Assembly (NCBI GenBank): GCA_947625665.1
Contig: CANQPF010000003.1
Location: forward strand, 1-49,649
Direction of reading: 5' to 3'
DNA from: an uncultured Clostridia bacterium
GTDB taxonomy: Bacteria > Bacillota > Clostridia > TANB77 > CAG-508
DNA: 49,649 bases
Below are positions 1 to 10,656 of this stretch, in pieces. Position 1 is the first letter of the stretch; the number at the start of each line of letters is the position of its first letter. The notes beneath the pieces are model-generated. The model saw only the letters and a list, made by a program, of their open reading frames with translations, was not told the DNA's origin and made no database searches. A program made the position numbers and the translations under genes.

Positions 1-193
1 CTATTCTTTTATTAATATGCATTCTAAAATAATGTCCACAATTCGGGCAAATACTATAATTATCCCTTAAAGTTTCTTTATAAATAATTTCTTTACACCT
101 GTCACATTTAGCCCATTTTCCAACTGGAATATCTATATTAACTTTTTTCTTCTTCTCCGGTATATTCCTTTTCTTAATCTTATCTACAATCAT
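1..193 (-). CDS. accD: Acetyl-CoA carboxylase carboxyltransferase beta subunit, N-terminal part (runs off the window)
   Basis: Not in the ORF track. Manual translation from ATG at 193 (AAGGAG RBS) gives MIVDKIKKRNIPEKKKKVNIDIPVGKWAKCDRCKEIIYKETLRDNYSICPNCGHYFRM, with the AccD CxxC-x15-CxxC zinc ribbon. Follows accC. Confidence 0.9.
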   Translation of the reverse strand, partial: MIVDKIKKRNIPEKKKKVNIDIPVGKWAKCDRCKEIIYKETLRDNYSICPNCGHYFRMHINKRI

Positions 194-282
194 TTTTTAC
201 TCCTTATTCTAAAAGTGATATACTATTATACTCGACAAATTTATCAAAATGTAAAAGATTCTGCATTAGTCTATCACTTATT

Positions 283-1623
283 CTAAAAATTAAAATTCTT
301 TTCTATAAATGACGTATCAAATGTTCCTCTTATGAAGTCAGCACTTCTAATAATTTCAAATAAAAAGTCTCTGTTGGTTTCGACCCCTTCTATTACTAAC
401 TCTTCTAAAGCTCTTTTCATTTTAGCAACAGCTTCATTTCTATTGCTTCCATGTACAATTATTTTTGCAATCATAGAATCGTAATATGGTGGAATTGTGT
501 AGCCTTCATAAATCGCTGTATCTATTCTTATACCATTTCCTCCAGGTAAATTTAATCCAGTTATTGTTCCAGGAGAAGGCATAAACTTCTTACTTGGATT
601 TTCAGCATTTATTCTACACTCTATAGAATGACCTCTGAATTCAACCTCTTTTTGTTTTATATCTAATCTTTCCCCACCTGCTATTTTTATTTGTTTCTTT
701 ACAATGTCAATTCCTGTTCTCATCTCTGTTATAGGATGTTCAACTTGTATTCTAGTATTCATTTCCATAAAATAAAAATTTTTTTCGCTATCTACTAAAA
801 ATTCTACTGTTCCACAACTTGTATATCCTGCTACTTTTGCAGCTTTTACTGCTGCTTCTCCCATTTTGTTTCTTAGTTTATCATCAACAGCCGTAGAAGG
901 AGTTTCCTCAATTACTTTTTGATGATTTCTTTGAATTGAGCAATCTCTTTCACCCAAATGTATTACATTTCCAAATTCATCTGCTAATATTTGAATTTCA
1001 ACATGTCTAGGATTCTTAACAAATTTTTCAATATATATTTCGTCATCATTAAAAGAATTCCTAGCCTCTTGTTGAACAATACCAAAATTTGTTTCAATTT
1101 GTTTTTTATTATTAGCTATTCTAATTCCTTTTCCTCCACCACCTGCTGCAGCCTTAAGCATTACGGGATATCCAATTTTTTCAGCTATTTTAACCGCTTC
1201 TTCGGCATTATTAACTTTACCTTCAGAGCCAGGAATTACTGGTACACCTGCCTTTTTCATAAGCTCTTTAGCATTAGATTTATTACCAAGCAATTCTATA
1301 ACGTTAGATTTTGGACCAATAAATTTAATGTTAGATTCTTCACATATTTTTGCAAACTGCGAATTTTCAGACAAAAATCCAAAACCTGGATGTATACTAT
1401 CCGCACCTTTTATATTTGCTGCTTCTATTATATTTTTAATATTTAAATAACTTTTACCAGATTGTGCTGGTCCAATACAAACAGCTTCATCAGCAAGTCT
1501 AGTATGCAAAGCATCTTTGTCTGCTTCTGAATATACAGCAACCGTTTTTATATTCATTTCTTTACAAGCTCTAATGATTCTAACTGCAATCTCTCCACGA
1601 TTTGCAATTAATATTTTATTCAT
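283..1623 (-). CDS. accC: Acetyl-CoA carboxylase biotin carboxylase subunit
   Basis: KILIANRGEIAVR, GGGGKGIR, ERDCSIQR, EMNTRIQVEHP and YDSMIAK motifs; 446 aa. Confidence 0.97.
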   Translation of the reverse strand: MNKILIANRGEIAVRIIRACKEMNIKTVAVYSEADKDALHTRLADEAVCIGPAQSGKSYLNIKNIIEAANIKGADSIHPGFGFLSENSQFAKICEESNIKFIGPKSNVIELLGNKSNAKELMKKAGVPVIPGSEGKVNNAEEAVKIAEKIGYPVMLKAAAGGGGKGIRIANNKKQIETNFGIVQQEARNSFNDDEIYIEKFVKNPRHVEIQILADEFGNVIHLGERDCSIQRNHQKVIEETPSTAVDDKLRNKMGEAAVKAAKVAGYTSCGTVEFLVDSEKNFYFMEMNTRIQVEHPITEMRTGIDIVKKQIKIAGGERLDIKQKEVEFRGHSIECRINAENPSKKFMPSPGTITGLNLPGGNGIRIDTAIYEGYTIPPYYDSMIAKIIVHGSNRNEAVAKMKRALEELVIEGVETNRDFLFEIIRSADFIRGTFDTSFIEKNFNF

Positions 1624-1640
1624 TTAATCCGCGTCTCCTT

Positions 1641-2063
1641 TCATACTACCGCAAAAGTTAGCTCACCTTTAGCAGCAATTTTACCATCTACCGTTGCAAT
1701 AGCCTCTCCTATACCGATAGGACCTTTCTTTTTTATAATTTTAACTTCTAATTTTAATTTATCCCCTGGAACTACCATTTTTTTAAATTTCATTTTGTCA
1801 ATTCCACCAAATAAAGCATTTTTCCCTTTATTTTCTTCTAAAGAAAGTATAGCAACTGCTCCAGCTTGAGCGAGACTTTCCGTAATTAAAACACCTGGCA
1901 TTATTGGATTTCCTGGAAAGTGCCCTTTAAAATACCATTCATCTTTATTAACATATTTATAGGCAATTGTACCTTCTCCTGGCGTGTATTCTTCTACCTC
2001 ATCAATCATTAAAAATGGCTCTCTCTGAGGAATTATTTCTTTTATTTGCTCTTTGTTCAACAT
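1641..2063 (-). CDS. fabZ: 3-hydroxyacyl-ACP dehydratase
   Basis: YFKGHFPGNPIMPGVLITESLAQ signature. Confidence 0.96.
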   Translation of the reverse strand: MLNKEQIKEIIPQREPFLMIDEVEEYTPGEGTIAYKYVNKDEWYFKGHFPGNPIMPGVLITESLAQAGAVAILSLEENKGKNALFGGIDKMKFKKMVVPGDKLKLEVKIIKKKGPIGIGEAIATVDGKIAAKGELTFAVV

Positions 2064-2084
2064 ATTATCATCCTACTTTCCGGT

Positions 2085-2546
2085 CTATTTTATCTTAAAT
2101 AATGGCGTTCCATATTCTACTGGATCTCCATCTTTAACTAATATCTCTACAATTGTACCTTCATATTCTGATTCTATTTCATTCATTAATTTCATAGCTT
2201 CAACAATGCACAATATATCACCAACTTTTACAGTATCACCAACTGAAACATAAGGTCCTGATGATGGTGATGGTTTTGAATAAAAAGTTCCTAACATTGG
2301 TGCCTTAACAACTTTAAAATTTTCCTCAATTTCTTCAGGGTATTCTTCAATTTCTTCATCATTTTCTATTGCATTTGCAATATCTTTGTCTTCTTTTTTT
2401 GTTGCATTTGCAACTTTTTTATTTTCATCGTCTTTCGTCATTGTAATTTTTGTACCATCTGGAAAGTCAATACTTATAGATGTTAATTTAGAGTTTCCCA
2501 TATCATCCATTAATTGTTTAATTTTTTCATACTCCATTTTTTTCAT
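2085..2546 (-). CDS. accB: Biotin carboxyl carrier protein of ACC
   Basis: EAMKLMNEI biotinylation motif, APMLGTFY, VEYGTPLF. Confidence 0.96.
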   Translation of the reverse strand: MKKMEYEKIKQLMDDMGNSKLTSISIDFPDGTKITMTKDDENKKVANATKKEDKDIANAIENDEEIEEYPEEIEENFKVVKAPMLGTFYSKPSPSSGPYVSVGDTVKVGDILCIVEAMKLMNEIESEYEGTIVEILVKDGDPVEYGTPLFKIK

Positions 2547-2555
2547 CCTTTCTAC

Positions 2556-3791
2556 TTATTTAAATTTTTTTATTATTATAGTCGCATTATGTCCACCGAA
2601 ACCTAATGAATTTGACATTGCAATATCTACTTTTGAATCTACAAAATCATTTGGAGTTATATCTAAATCACATTCTTCATCTTTTACTTTATAATTTATA
2701 GTTGGTGGCACTACTTGTTCTTCGATAGCTTTAGTACATATTATTGCTTCCATCGCTCCTGCAGCACCTAACATATGACCTGTATTTCCTTTTGTTGAAC
2801 TTACTTTAACGGTCTTACTTGCTTCTCCTAATGCTTGCTTTATGGCTAAAGTCTCTGTTAAATCATTTAAATGTGTTGACGTCCCATGAGCATTTATATA
2901 ATCTATATCTTCTGGCTTTATTCCTGCATCATTTATTGCCCTTTTCATTGCTCTTGTTGCACCATTTCCATCTGGTGCAGGTGAAGTTATATGATAAGCA
3001 TCTGAAGTAGCACCAAATCCAATTACTTCTCCATATATTTTTGCTCCTCTTTTTTGAGCATGTTCAAGTTCTTCTAATATTACCATACAAGCGCCTTCTG
3101 CCATAACAAAGCCATCCCTTTCTTTATCAAAAGGAATACTTGCTCTATTTCTATCTGTTGCAAAAGATAAAGCTTTCATATTTTCAAATCCACCAATTCC
3201 TATATCGCAAATTGGAGCTTCTGAACCTCCTGCTATAATAGCATCTTCATATCCAGCTTTTATTGTTTTATATGCTTCTCCTATTGCATGTGTTGATGAA
3301 GCACATGCTGTAACTAAAGAAACAGATTCTCCTTTTACTCCTAAATCAATTGCAATATTTCCTGCAGCCATATTAGTTATTCCCATAGGTATAAACATTG
3401 GAGAAATTCTTTTATGACCTTTTTCAAAATAATTATTGCATTGTTCTTGTATTGTATTTAATCCTCCAATTCCTGAACTTACAAAAATTCCAACATTGTT
3501 AAAATCTGTATTTTCTTCTGTTATACCACTATCTTTAAGTGCTTCTCTTGCGGCAATTGTAGCAAATTGCGTATATCGATCTAGCCTTCTTGTCTCTCTT
3601 TTATCAAAGTATTCTAATGGATCATAATTTTTAACTTCTGCTGCCATTTTTGTTTTGAAGTCTGAAACATCAGTTAATGTAATATTATCAATACCACATA
3701 CTTTATTTTTCATTGCTTCCCATGTTTCTTCAACATTTTTTCCTAAAGGAGTTATAGCTCCCAATCCTGTAATAACTACTCTCTTTTCCAT
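2556..3791 (-). CDS. fabF: Beta-ketoacyl-ACP synthase II
   Basis: RVVITGLG, TACASS catalytic Cys, NAHGTST, SNSLGFGGHN. Confidence 0.96.
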   Translation of the reverse strand: MEKRVVITGLGAITPLGKNVEETWEAMKNKVCGIDNITLTDVSDFKTKMAAEVKNYDPLEYFDKRETRRLDRYTQFATIAAREALKDSGITEENTDFNNVGIFVSSGIGGLNTIQEQCNNYFEKGHKRISPMFIPMGITNMAAGNIAIDLGVKGESVSLVTACASSTHAIGEAYKTIKAGYEDAIIAGGSEAPICDIGIGGFENMKALSFATDRNRASIPFDKERDGFVMAEGACMVILEELEHAQKRGAKIYGEVIGFGATSDAYHITSPAPDGNGATRAMKRAINDAGIKPEDIDYINAHGTSTHLNDLTETLAIKQALGEASKTVKVSSTKGNTGHMLGAAGAMEAIICTKAIEEQVVPPTINYKVKDEECDLDITPNDFVDSKVDIAMSNSLGFGGHNATIIIKKFK

Positions 3792-3825
3792 TTTGTAACT
3801 TACCTTCCTTCTTAATTATTATACT

Positions 3826-4560
3826 TTACATCAACATTCCGCCATCTACATTTATAACTTGCCCTGTGATATAACTGCTATCTTCTGATACCAAAAATTT
3901 AACTAAGTTTGCAACATCTTCAGCTTTTCCCATTCTTCTTAACGGAATCTTACTAGCTATATCTTCTTTTACTTCTTCTTTCAAAACATCTGTCATACTT
4001 GTTTCTATAAATCCTGGTGCAACAGCGTTTACTAATATATTTCGTGAAGCAACTTCTTTTGCAAGACTTTTAGTAAATCCTATTATACCTGCTTTAGAAG
4101 CTGAATAATTTGTTTGCCCAGCATTTCCAGTAATTCCAACAACTGAAGAAATGTTTATAATTCTTCCAGTACGAGCCTTCATCATATATGGAATTACATT
4201 TTTAGTCACATTGAAAGTTCCTGTCAAATTGACATCTATAACATTTGTAAAATCTTCTTTCTTCATTCTCATTATTAAAGTATCTTTTGTTATTCCTGCA
4301 TTATTTACTAAAACATCAATTTTTCCATACTTTTCAATTATTTCTTTTACAAATCTTTCAGTATCTTCAAAGTTTGAAACATCTCCTTGAACTGGTATAC
4401 ATTTTACATTTTTGTTTTCTATTTCTTTTTTAGTCTCTTCAAGTTCCTCATTTGCTGTTCTGTAGTTTACAGCAATATCATATCCTTGCTCAGCTAATGT
4501 TAAAGCTATTTGCTTTCCAATTCCTCTTGTTGCTCCTGTTATTAATGCAACTTTACTCAT
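3826..4560 (-). CDS. fabG: 3-oxoacyl-ACP reductase
   Basis: SDR motifs TGATRGIG, NNAGIT, YSASKAG; fab operon context. Confidence 0.96.
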   Translation of the reverse strand: MSKVALITGATRGIGKQIALTLAEQGYDIAVNYRTANEELEETKKEIENKNVKCIPVQGDVSNFEDTERFVKEIIEKYGKIDVLVNNAGITKDTLIMRMKKEDFTNVIDVNLTGTFNVTKNVIPYMMKARTGRIINISSVVGITGNAGQTNYSASKAGIIGFTKSLAKEVASRNILVNAVAPGFIETSMTDVLKEEVKEDIASKIPLRRMGKAEDVANLVKFLVSEDSSYITGQVINVDGGMLM

Positions 4561-4574
4561 TTTTTTCCTCCTTT

Positions 4575-5536
4575 TTACCTATCTTCCCCTCTTAATATTT
4601 CTAACTGTTTTATTACACTTTCTAAACTTTCTTTATCATTTATATTCATAATTTTTACATCTTTACCCAATGATTTCTTTACTGATGTAACAAAATTAGA
4701 TAAAGTCTTACCTGGACCTATTTCTATAAAAGTATCTACTCCATTATCCATCATATATTTTATTGTATCAGACATTCTTGTAGGACTCATAACATGTTTC
4801 GCTAAAATATCTCTCATATCGTCTTCTGCGGTATACGGTCTAGCATCTATATTTTTTACTACAGCAGTTTTAGGTGTTTTTATTTCTTTATCTTCCAAAA
4901 CTTTTCTTAAAGCTTTTGATGCATTTTCTAATTTCTTAGTATGAAATGGTCCGCTTGTTTTTAACTCTACGACTCTTTTTGCTCCCATTTCTTTCGCAAT
5001 TTCCATAGCTTGATAAACCCCATCTTTATCTCCTGATATTGCTACTTGCTTTGGGCAGTTATAATTTGCTGGTTGTGCAAAACCGTTTGTTACTTTTTTA
5101 CAAGCTTCTTCGACCTCTTTATTCTCTAGCCCAAGTATTGCAGCCATTGACCAATCACCTTCAGGGCAAAGATCTTGCATATATTCTCCTCTCTTTTGAA
5201 CAATTGCCATTGCATCTTCAATTCTTAAAGCTCCTCCATCAACAAGTGCTGCATATTCACCTAAACTTAAGCCTGCTGACATATCAGATTTAATTCCGCT
5301 TCTCATTTAACATTTCTAGAATTGCTAATTCCATAGCAACTATTGCTGGTTGAGTATTCTTAGTTTCTTTTAAAGTTTCCTCTGGACCTTCAAAAGATAA
5401 CTTTCTTATATCCATTCCTGTTACTTCTTCTGCTGTTTTATATACTTCTTCTACGCCTTTGTAACCGTTGTAAGTCTTTTCCCATACCTACAGTTTGAGC
5501 TCCTTGACCAGCAAACAAAAATGCTATTTTTCCCAT
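4575..5536 (-). CDS. fabD: Malonyl-CoA:ACP transacylase; full length (about 319 aa) only with two +1 shifts at in-frame CGG codons (5464-5467 and 5295-5298)
   Basis: ATG at 5536 after GGAGG gives MGKIAFLFAGQGAQTVGMGKDLQ, then [C]GGT continues G-YKGVEEVYKTAEEVTGMDIRKLSFEGPEETLKETKNTQPAIVAMELAILEMLNEK, then [C]GGA continues G-IKSDMSAGLSLGEY...GPFHT...EIGPG. Confidence 0.92.
5295..5298 (-). other. Putative +1 recoding site CGGA read as Gly (fabD site 2)
   Basis: GAG AAG CGG AAT TAA in the incoming frame; skipping C gives GGA ATT AAA TCT GAT. Confidence 0.75.
5464..5467 (-). other. Putative +1 recoding site CGGT read as Gly (fabD site 1)
   Basis: TTA CAA CGG TTA ... TAA in the incoming frame; skipping C gives GGT TAC AAA GGC GTA. 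Confidence 0.72.
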
Positions 5537-5592
5537 TTTAATTCCTCCTTAAAACTTCACTTTTTAGTAATTTTAAAAAATCATCTTCAACT

Positions 5593-6186
5593 TTATTGTA
5601 AACTACTATCTTTCAAACCTATTTCAAATAAATACTTTTCAAATTCATTGCAAAAATTAGAAATAAATTCTTTTACATTAATTATTCTTCCTGTCTCATT
5701 TTTTATTGAAGTTGCAATATTTTTAATCTCATCTGCAAATTCTTCTTGTGCTACATTTATTCCAATTCCTACTACAAAACATTTAACTTTATTTCCTATA
5801 ACCTTAGTTTCTGTTAAAATTCCACCTAATTTTTTATAATTTATAATTAAATCATTAGGCTCTTTTATATCTACAGAAATTTTATATTTTTCTTTCATTA
5901 TGTTTACAATTATTTCTGCAATCTTTACCGCTATTCCTTCTAAGCGATTTATATTACAGTCCATTTTTATAAAGAAAGAAAAAGCTATGTTATTTGCTTG
6001 TTCCGTATACCATTTCCTTCCATGAGTACCTTTACCGTGCGTCTGAAAATCTGCCATAACTACTGTTCCACTAGGCACTTTATTTTCTTCATATAGTCTC
6101 CAAACTTCATTTTGCGTAGAATCAATTGTCTCATAATATATACAGTTTCTCCCTAAAATTTTAGTATTTAAATTATCTAATTGCAT
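5593..6186 (-). CDS. birA: Biotin--[acetyl-CoA carboxylase] ligase, short form without N-terminal HTH
   Basis: IDSTQ, QTHGKGTHGRKW, IKEPNDL, KKLGGIL, GIGINV motifs. ATG at 6186 (MQLDNL) after GGAG preferred over the track start. Confidence 0.9.
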   Translation of the reverse strand: MQLDNLNTKILGRNCIYYETIDSTQNEVWRLYEENKVPSGTVVMADFQTHGKGTHGRKWYTEQANNIAFSFFIKMDCNINRLEGIAVKIAEIIVNIMKEKYKISVDIKEPNDLIINYKKLGGILTETKVIGNKVKCFVVGIGINVAQEEFADEIKNIATSIKNETGRIINVKEFISNFCNEFEKYLFEIGLKDSSLQ

Positions 6187-6198
6187 ACATTTCTCCAA

Positions 6199-7953
6199 TC
6201 AGTTTTTATTTTCCTTTTCTATCGCTTTTAAATTTTCTTCTCTTTTTATTTTATTAGTTGTAGTTTTTATAAGAGGTTCTTCTGTTAATGTCATCCCTCT
6301 TATTGCTTTATAATTTGGCATAGTTTTATTTATTTCTTTTATCTTATCAGATATTGCCTTACGTATTTCTTCATCTGTTTCAACTTTATAAGCATTTTTC
6401 ACAACATCTTTATCAATAACAATTCTAACATTTATTTTTATATCATCCTTATCTTCCGTTCTTTGTTTTCCATAAATAAATGATTCTGTTACTCCTTCTA
6501 TTCTGTTTATTAAATTTTCTATTTCTTCTGGAAATATATTCTTTCCGTTTTTAAGAACGATTACGCTTTTCTTTCTTCCACAAATAAATATATATCCTTC
6601 TTCATCTATCTTGGCTAAGTCTCCTGTGTAAAACCACCCATCTTTTAAAACAGCATTAGTTGCTTTTTTATTTCCATAATACCCTAGCATAACGCTCGGT
6701 CCTTTTACAATTAGTTCTCCAACACCTTCACTATTGGCATTAACTATTTTAGTTTCGACACTAGGGCATGATTTTCCAATTGAACCTATTTTATGAAATC
6801 TATTAGATCCTACAGCAACAACTGGTGAAGTTTCTGTTAATCCATAACCTTGAACTAAATTGAAACCTAATATTCTATATTTTTCTTCTATAGTTTTTTC
6901 AAGAGCTGCTGCACCACTTATAAACAGTTTAATCTCTCCACCTAACAAATCATGTATTTCTTTAAAAATCTCTTTTCTCTTCTCTATTGGTTGACTCTTA
7001 TATTTTTCTTCATTTTCTAATATTGTTTCAAGTTTTCCTTGCTTTGCAAGATTTTTTCTTATCATAAAGAAAATTCTTTCATAAATTGCTGGAACACAAG
7101 CCATTACTGTAACTTTATATTCTTTTAAGTTACTTGTTATATGTCTTAATCCATCACAAAATACTGTCTTTGCACCTTTATATAATGAAAATAGAAATCC
7201 AACTGTACATTCAAATACATGATGTATTGGCAATACAGAAAGAAGTGTATCATTACTTTGTACATCTAAAACTGAACCTATGTCCATTAAATTTGCACAT
7301 ATATTTTTATGTGACAAAGCAACTGCTTTTGGTGCAGATGTTGTTCCTGATGTAAATAACATTATACTCATCTTTTCTGCATCTATCTTTTCATCCAAAA
7401 ATCTTCTATCACCTTTGTCTAATAATTTATTTCCATCTTCTATTAATTCTTTTTGTGAATATACGCCTTTTCTATGTATATCTAGATCCATGGATATTAA
7501 ATGCTTTAATTTTCCTTGTTCACTTCTTTTTATCTTCTCTAAAGTTTCAACATATTTTTCTGAACAAAAAATTGCTTCAACTTCTGATTTTTTTATTAAA
7601 CTTTTAAGTTCTGGCTCTGTTAATGATTTATCTAAGGGAACTACTATTCCAGTTCCACAGACTATTGATAAATATGCTATTTCCCATTCATATCTATTTT
7701 CTCCAATCACAGCTATTCTCTTGTCTTTAAGCCCCATATCTATTAACTTAGTCCCTAAAGCATCAACCATTCTTCTAACTTGTTTATGTGTAAAAGTTAT
7801 ATAGTTATTTTCATCCTTTGCATTTTCTGGATTAATTCCTATACCAGGTTTTCTAATCTTATATGCAATGTTGTCTCCATATAACTTACCTGTTTTTTCT
7901 AGCATATCTTTAATATTATCTATTTCTAAACTTTCAAAAATTCTCTTATCCAT
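6199..7953 (-). CDS. Long-chain fatty-acid--CoA ligase (AMP-binding enzyme)
   Basis: FTSGTTSAPK, QGYGLTETSP, GWFYTGD, GRKKSVIVLKNGKNIFPEEIE. Confidence 0.9.
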   Translation of the reverse strand: MDKRIFESLEIDNIKDMLEKTGKLYGDNIAYKIRKPGIGINPENAKDENNYITFTHKQVRRMVDALGTKLIDMGLKDKRIAVIGENRYEWEIAYLSIVCGTGIVVPLDKSLTEPELKSLIKKSEVEAIFCSEKYVETLEKIKRSEQGKLKHLISMDLDIHRKGVYSQKELIEDGNKLLDKGDRRFLDEKIDAEKMSIMLFTSGTTSAPKAVALSHKNICANLMDIGSVLDVQSNDTLLSVLPIHHVFECTVGFLFSLYKGAKTVFCDGLRHITSNLKEYKVTVMACVPAIYERIFFMIRKNLAKQGKLETILENEEKYKSQPIEKRKEIFKEIHDLLGGEIKLFISGAAALEKTIEEKYRILGFNLVQGYGLTETSPVVAVGSNRFHKIGSIGKSCPSVETKIVNANSEGVGELIVKGPSVMLGYYGNKKATNAVLKDGWFYTGDLAKIDEEGYIFICGRKKSVIVLKNGKNIFPEEIENLINRIEGVTESFIYGKQRTEDKDDIKINVRIVIDKDVVKNAYKVETDEEIRKAISDKIKEINKTMPNYKAIRGMTLTEEPLIKTTTNKIKREENLKAIEKENKN

Positions 7954-8034
7954 CAATTCTTTCCTTTCATTAATCCCTAATATAATATCATAAATTATGA
8001 AAAAAGTGTTTAGACTGGCGGGTCAGTTCAATAA

Positions 8035-10656
8035 TTATTCCATCTTCTCTTTCATTCTTACAAGTGTGTTCATCGCATCAATTGGAGTAAGTTCATTTAT
8101 ATTAATTTTGTCCAACTCATGAGCTATTTCAGCAAGTTTATAATTAAACATATCAAATTGACCATTTACTTGCTTCTTTTGTTCTTTGGTTTCTTTTTTA
8201 TCTTTTAAAATACTCTTTCTTTCTAAGCTACGTAAAATTTCATTTGAACGTTTAGTTACAGTTTTAGGTACACCTGCTAATCTTGCAACATGTACTCCGT
8301 AGCTTTCATCTGTTCCACCTCTTACTATCTTTCTTAAAAAGATTATATCTTCTCCTTTTTCCTTTACTTCTATTGAATAATTTTTTATTCCTTCAAGTTT
8401 GTCTTCAAGTTGTGTTAATTCATGATAATGTGTAGCGAATAAAGTCTTAGCTCCACATTTTTCTTTATCAGCTATATATTCTGCAACTGCCCATGCAATA
8501 GAAAGTCCGTCATAAGTTGATGTTCCTCTTCCTATTTCATCTAAAATCACTAAACTATTACTAGTCGCTTCTTTAAGAATTGTTGCAACTTCCATCATTT
8601 CAACCATAAATGTACTTTGTCCCATACTCAAATCATCAGAAGCTCCAACTCTTGTGAAAATTTTATCTACCACACCTATTTTAGCTTCTTCTGCTGGAAC
8701 AAAACTTCCTATTTGTGCCATTAAAACTATTAAAGCTACTTGTCTCATATATGTTGATTTTCCTGCCATATTTGGACCTGTTATTATAGATAATCTATTT
8801 TCATCCTTATCTAAATATGTATCATTTTCAACAAACTCTCCTGCTCCAAGCATTTTTTCTATAACAGGGTGTCTTCCACTTTTTATATCTATTGCTCCAT
8901 GACTATTAACCTCTGGCATACAATAATTCATATCTTCTGCTACTTGAGCAAATGAAGTTAAAACATCTAATGTAGAAACAATCTCACTTGTTTTTTGTAA
9001 CCTTTTTATATTACTTGCTATTTCTTCTCTTACTTTCGTAAATTCTTCATATTCTAAATTAACAACTTTTTCTTCTGCACCTAAAATATCATTCTCTAAT
9101 TTTTTCAAATCTTCTGTTATATATCTTTCAGCATTTGTTAAAGTTTGCTTTCTAACAAAATAGTCTGGTACTTGGTTTAAATAAGACTTAGTAACTTCTA
9201 AATAATATCCAAATACTTTGTTAAATCCAACTTTTAAATTTTTTATACCTGTCTTTTCTTTTTCTTTAGCTTCTAACTGTATAATCCAATTCTTACCTTC
9301 CGTCGTAGCAGTTTTTAGTTTATCTATTTCTTCATGATATCCAAGCTTAATTATTCCACCTTCTTTCACAGTCATTGGCGGATCATCTACAATTGCCTTT
9401 TCTATTAGTTCATATATATCTTGTAACTCATCTAAATTTTCATATAAATATTTTAATAAATCTGACTTACAATTTTCTAAAGATTTTTTTACTTCAGGTA
9501 ACTTATGAAGAGAATTTTTTAAAGTAATCATATCTCTAGCATTAGCATTTCCATAAGCCATCTTTCCTGATAATCTCTCTATATCATAAACCTTCTTTAA
9601 ATTGTCAATTATATCTCCTCTTAAAAAAAGACTTTCTTTAAGCTCTTTTACTGCATTAAGTCTTTTGTTTATTTCTAATACATCTATTAGCGGGTCACTA
9701 ATCCATCTTGTAAGCAACCTTCCTCCCATAGATGTACATGTTTTATCAAGTACCCATAAAAGTGTACCTTTTTTTGTTTTATCACGCATTTTCTCTGTTA
9801 TTTCTAAATTTCTTCTAGCATTTATGTCTAAAGACATGTATTTTGAAGTATTGTATATTTTTATTGTATTAATATGTTCCAAACTTGTTTTTTGCGTCTG
9901 AGAAATATATTCTATTAAAGCATTAATTGAATTACATGTTAATTTTCTTTCTTCTATGTTCGTTATTTCAGAACCATTGGTATCTATATATTTCATGCTC
10001 TTAGCTATATCGTTTAGCTTTTCTGAAAAATACTTATCATCAAATTTTGTAACAAAAACCTCAAAACGTTCTTTTATTTTCTTTAACTCTTCTGAAGATT
10101 CTGACATCATTGAATTTATTACTATTTCTGATGGAGAATATTTAGCCATTTCGTCCATCAATTGTGCAAAATTATTATCTTGCTTTATTTCACTACTAAA
10201 AAACTCTCCTGTCGAAATATCACATATACTTATTCCGAAATAAATACCTGCTTTATATATTGACATAATATAGTTGTTTTTTCTTTCTTCTAGCATATTG
10301 CTATCTATAATTGTTCCTGGTGTTACAACTCGAATAACTCCTCTTTCTACTATTCCCTTTGTTGTTTTAGGATCACTTAATTGTTCACAAATAGCAACTT
10401 TGTACCCTTTAGCAATTAATCTTGAAATATATATTTCTGCAGCATGGTAAGGAATTCCACACATAGGAGCTCTTTCTGCTTGTCCACAATCTTTTCCCGT
10501 TAATGTCAACTCTAATTCTCGTGATGCTAATATTGCATCATCAAAAAACATTTCATAAAAATCTCCTAAACGATAAAACAAAATACTATCTTTGTATTCT
10601 TCTTTTGTTTCAAGATATCTTTGCATCATAGGTGAATATTCTTCTTTTTTAGCCAT
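8035..10656 (-). CDS. mutS: DNA mismatch repair protein MutS
   Basis: SPMMQRY, FYRLGDFYEMF, TGPNMAGKSTYMRQ, DEIGRGTST, FATHYHEL. Confidence 0.98.
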   Translation of the reverse strand: MAKKEEYSPMMQRYLETKEEYKDSILFYRLGDFYEMFFDDAILASRELELTLTGKDCGQAERAPMCGIPYHAAEIYISRLIAKGYKVAICEQLSDPKTTKGIVERGVIRVVTPGTIIDSNMLEERKNNYIMSIYKAGIYFGISICDISTGEFFSSEIKQDNNFAQLMDEMAKYSPSEIVINSMMSESSEELKKIKERFEVFVTKFDDKYFSEKLNDIAKSMKYIDTNGSEITNIEERKLTCNSINALIEYISQTQKTSLEHINTIKIYNTSKYMSLDINARRNLEITEKMRDKTKKGTLLWVLDKTCTSMGGRLLTRWISDPLIDVLEINKRLNAVKELKESLFLRGDIIDNLKKVYDIERLSGKMAYGNANARDMITLKNSLHKLPEVKKSLENCKSDLLKYLYENLDELQDIYELIEKAIVDDPPMTVKEGGIIKLGYHEEIDKLKTATTEGKNWIIQLEAKEKEKTGIKNLKVGFNKVFGYYLEVTKSYLNQVPDYFVRKQTLTNAERYITEDLKKLENDILGAEEKVVNLEYEEFTKVREEIASNIKRLQKTSEIVSTLDVLTSFAQVAEDMNYCMPEVNSHGAIDIKSGRHPVIEKMLGAGEFVENDTYLDKDENRLSIITGPNMAGKSTYMRQVALIVLMAQIGSFVPAEEAKIGVVDKIFTRVGASDDLSMGQSTFMVEMMEVATILKEATSNSLVILDEIGRGTSTYDGLSIAWAVAEYIADKEKCGAKTLFATHYHELTQLEDKLEGIKNYSIEVKEKGEDIIFLRKIVRGGTDESYGVHVARLAGVPKTVTKRSNEILRSLERKSILKDKKETKEQKKQVNGQFDMFNYKLAEIAHELDKININELTPIDAMNTLVRMKEKME

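Noticed and set aside
1-193. AGG as a second shifty codon
   Set aside because: accD contains three in-frame AGG codons, one within the CDRC zinc motif, and stays in frame.
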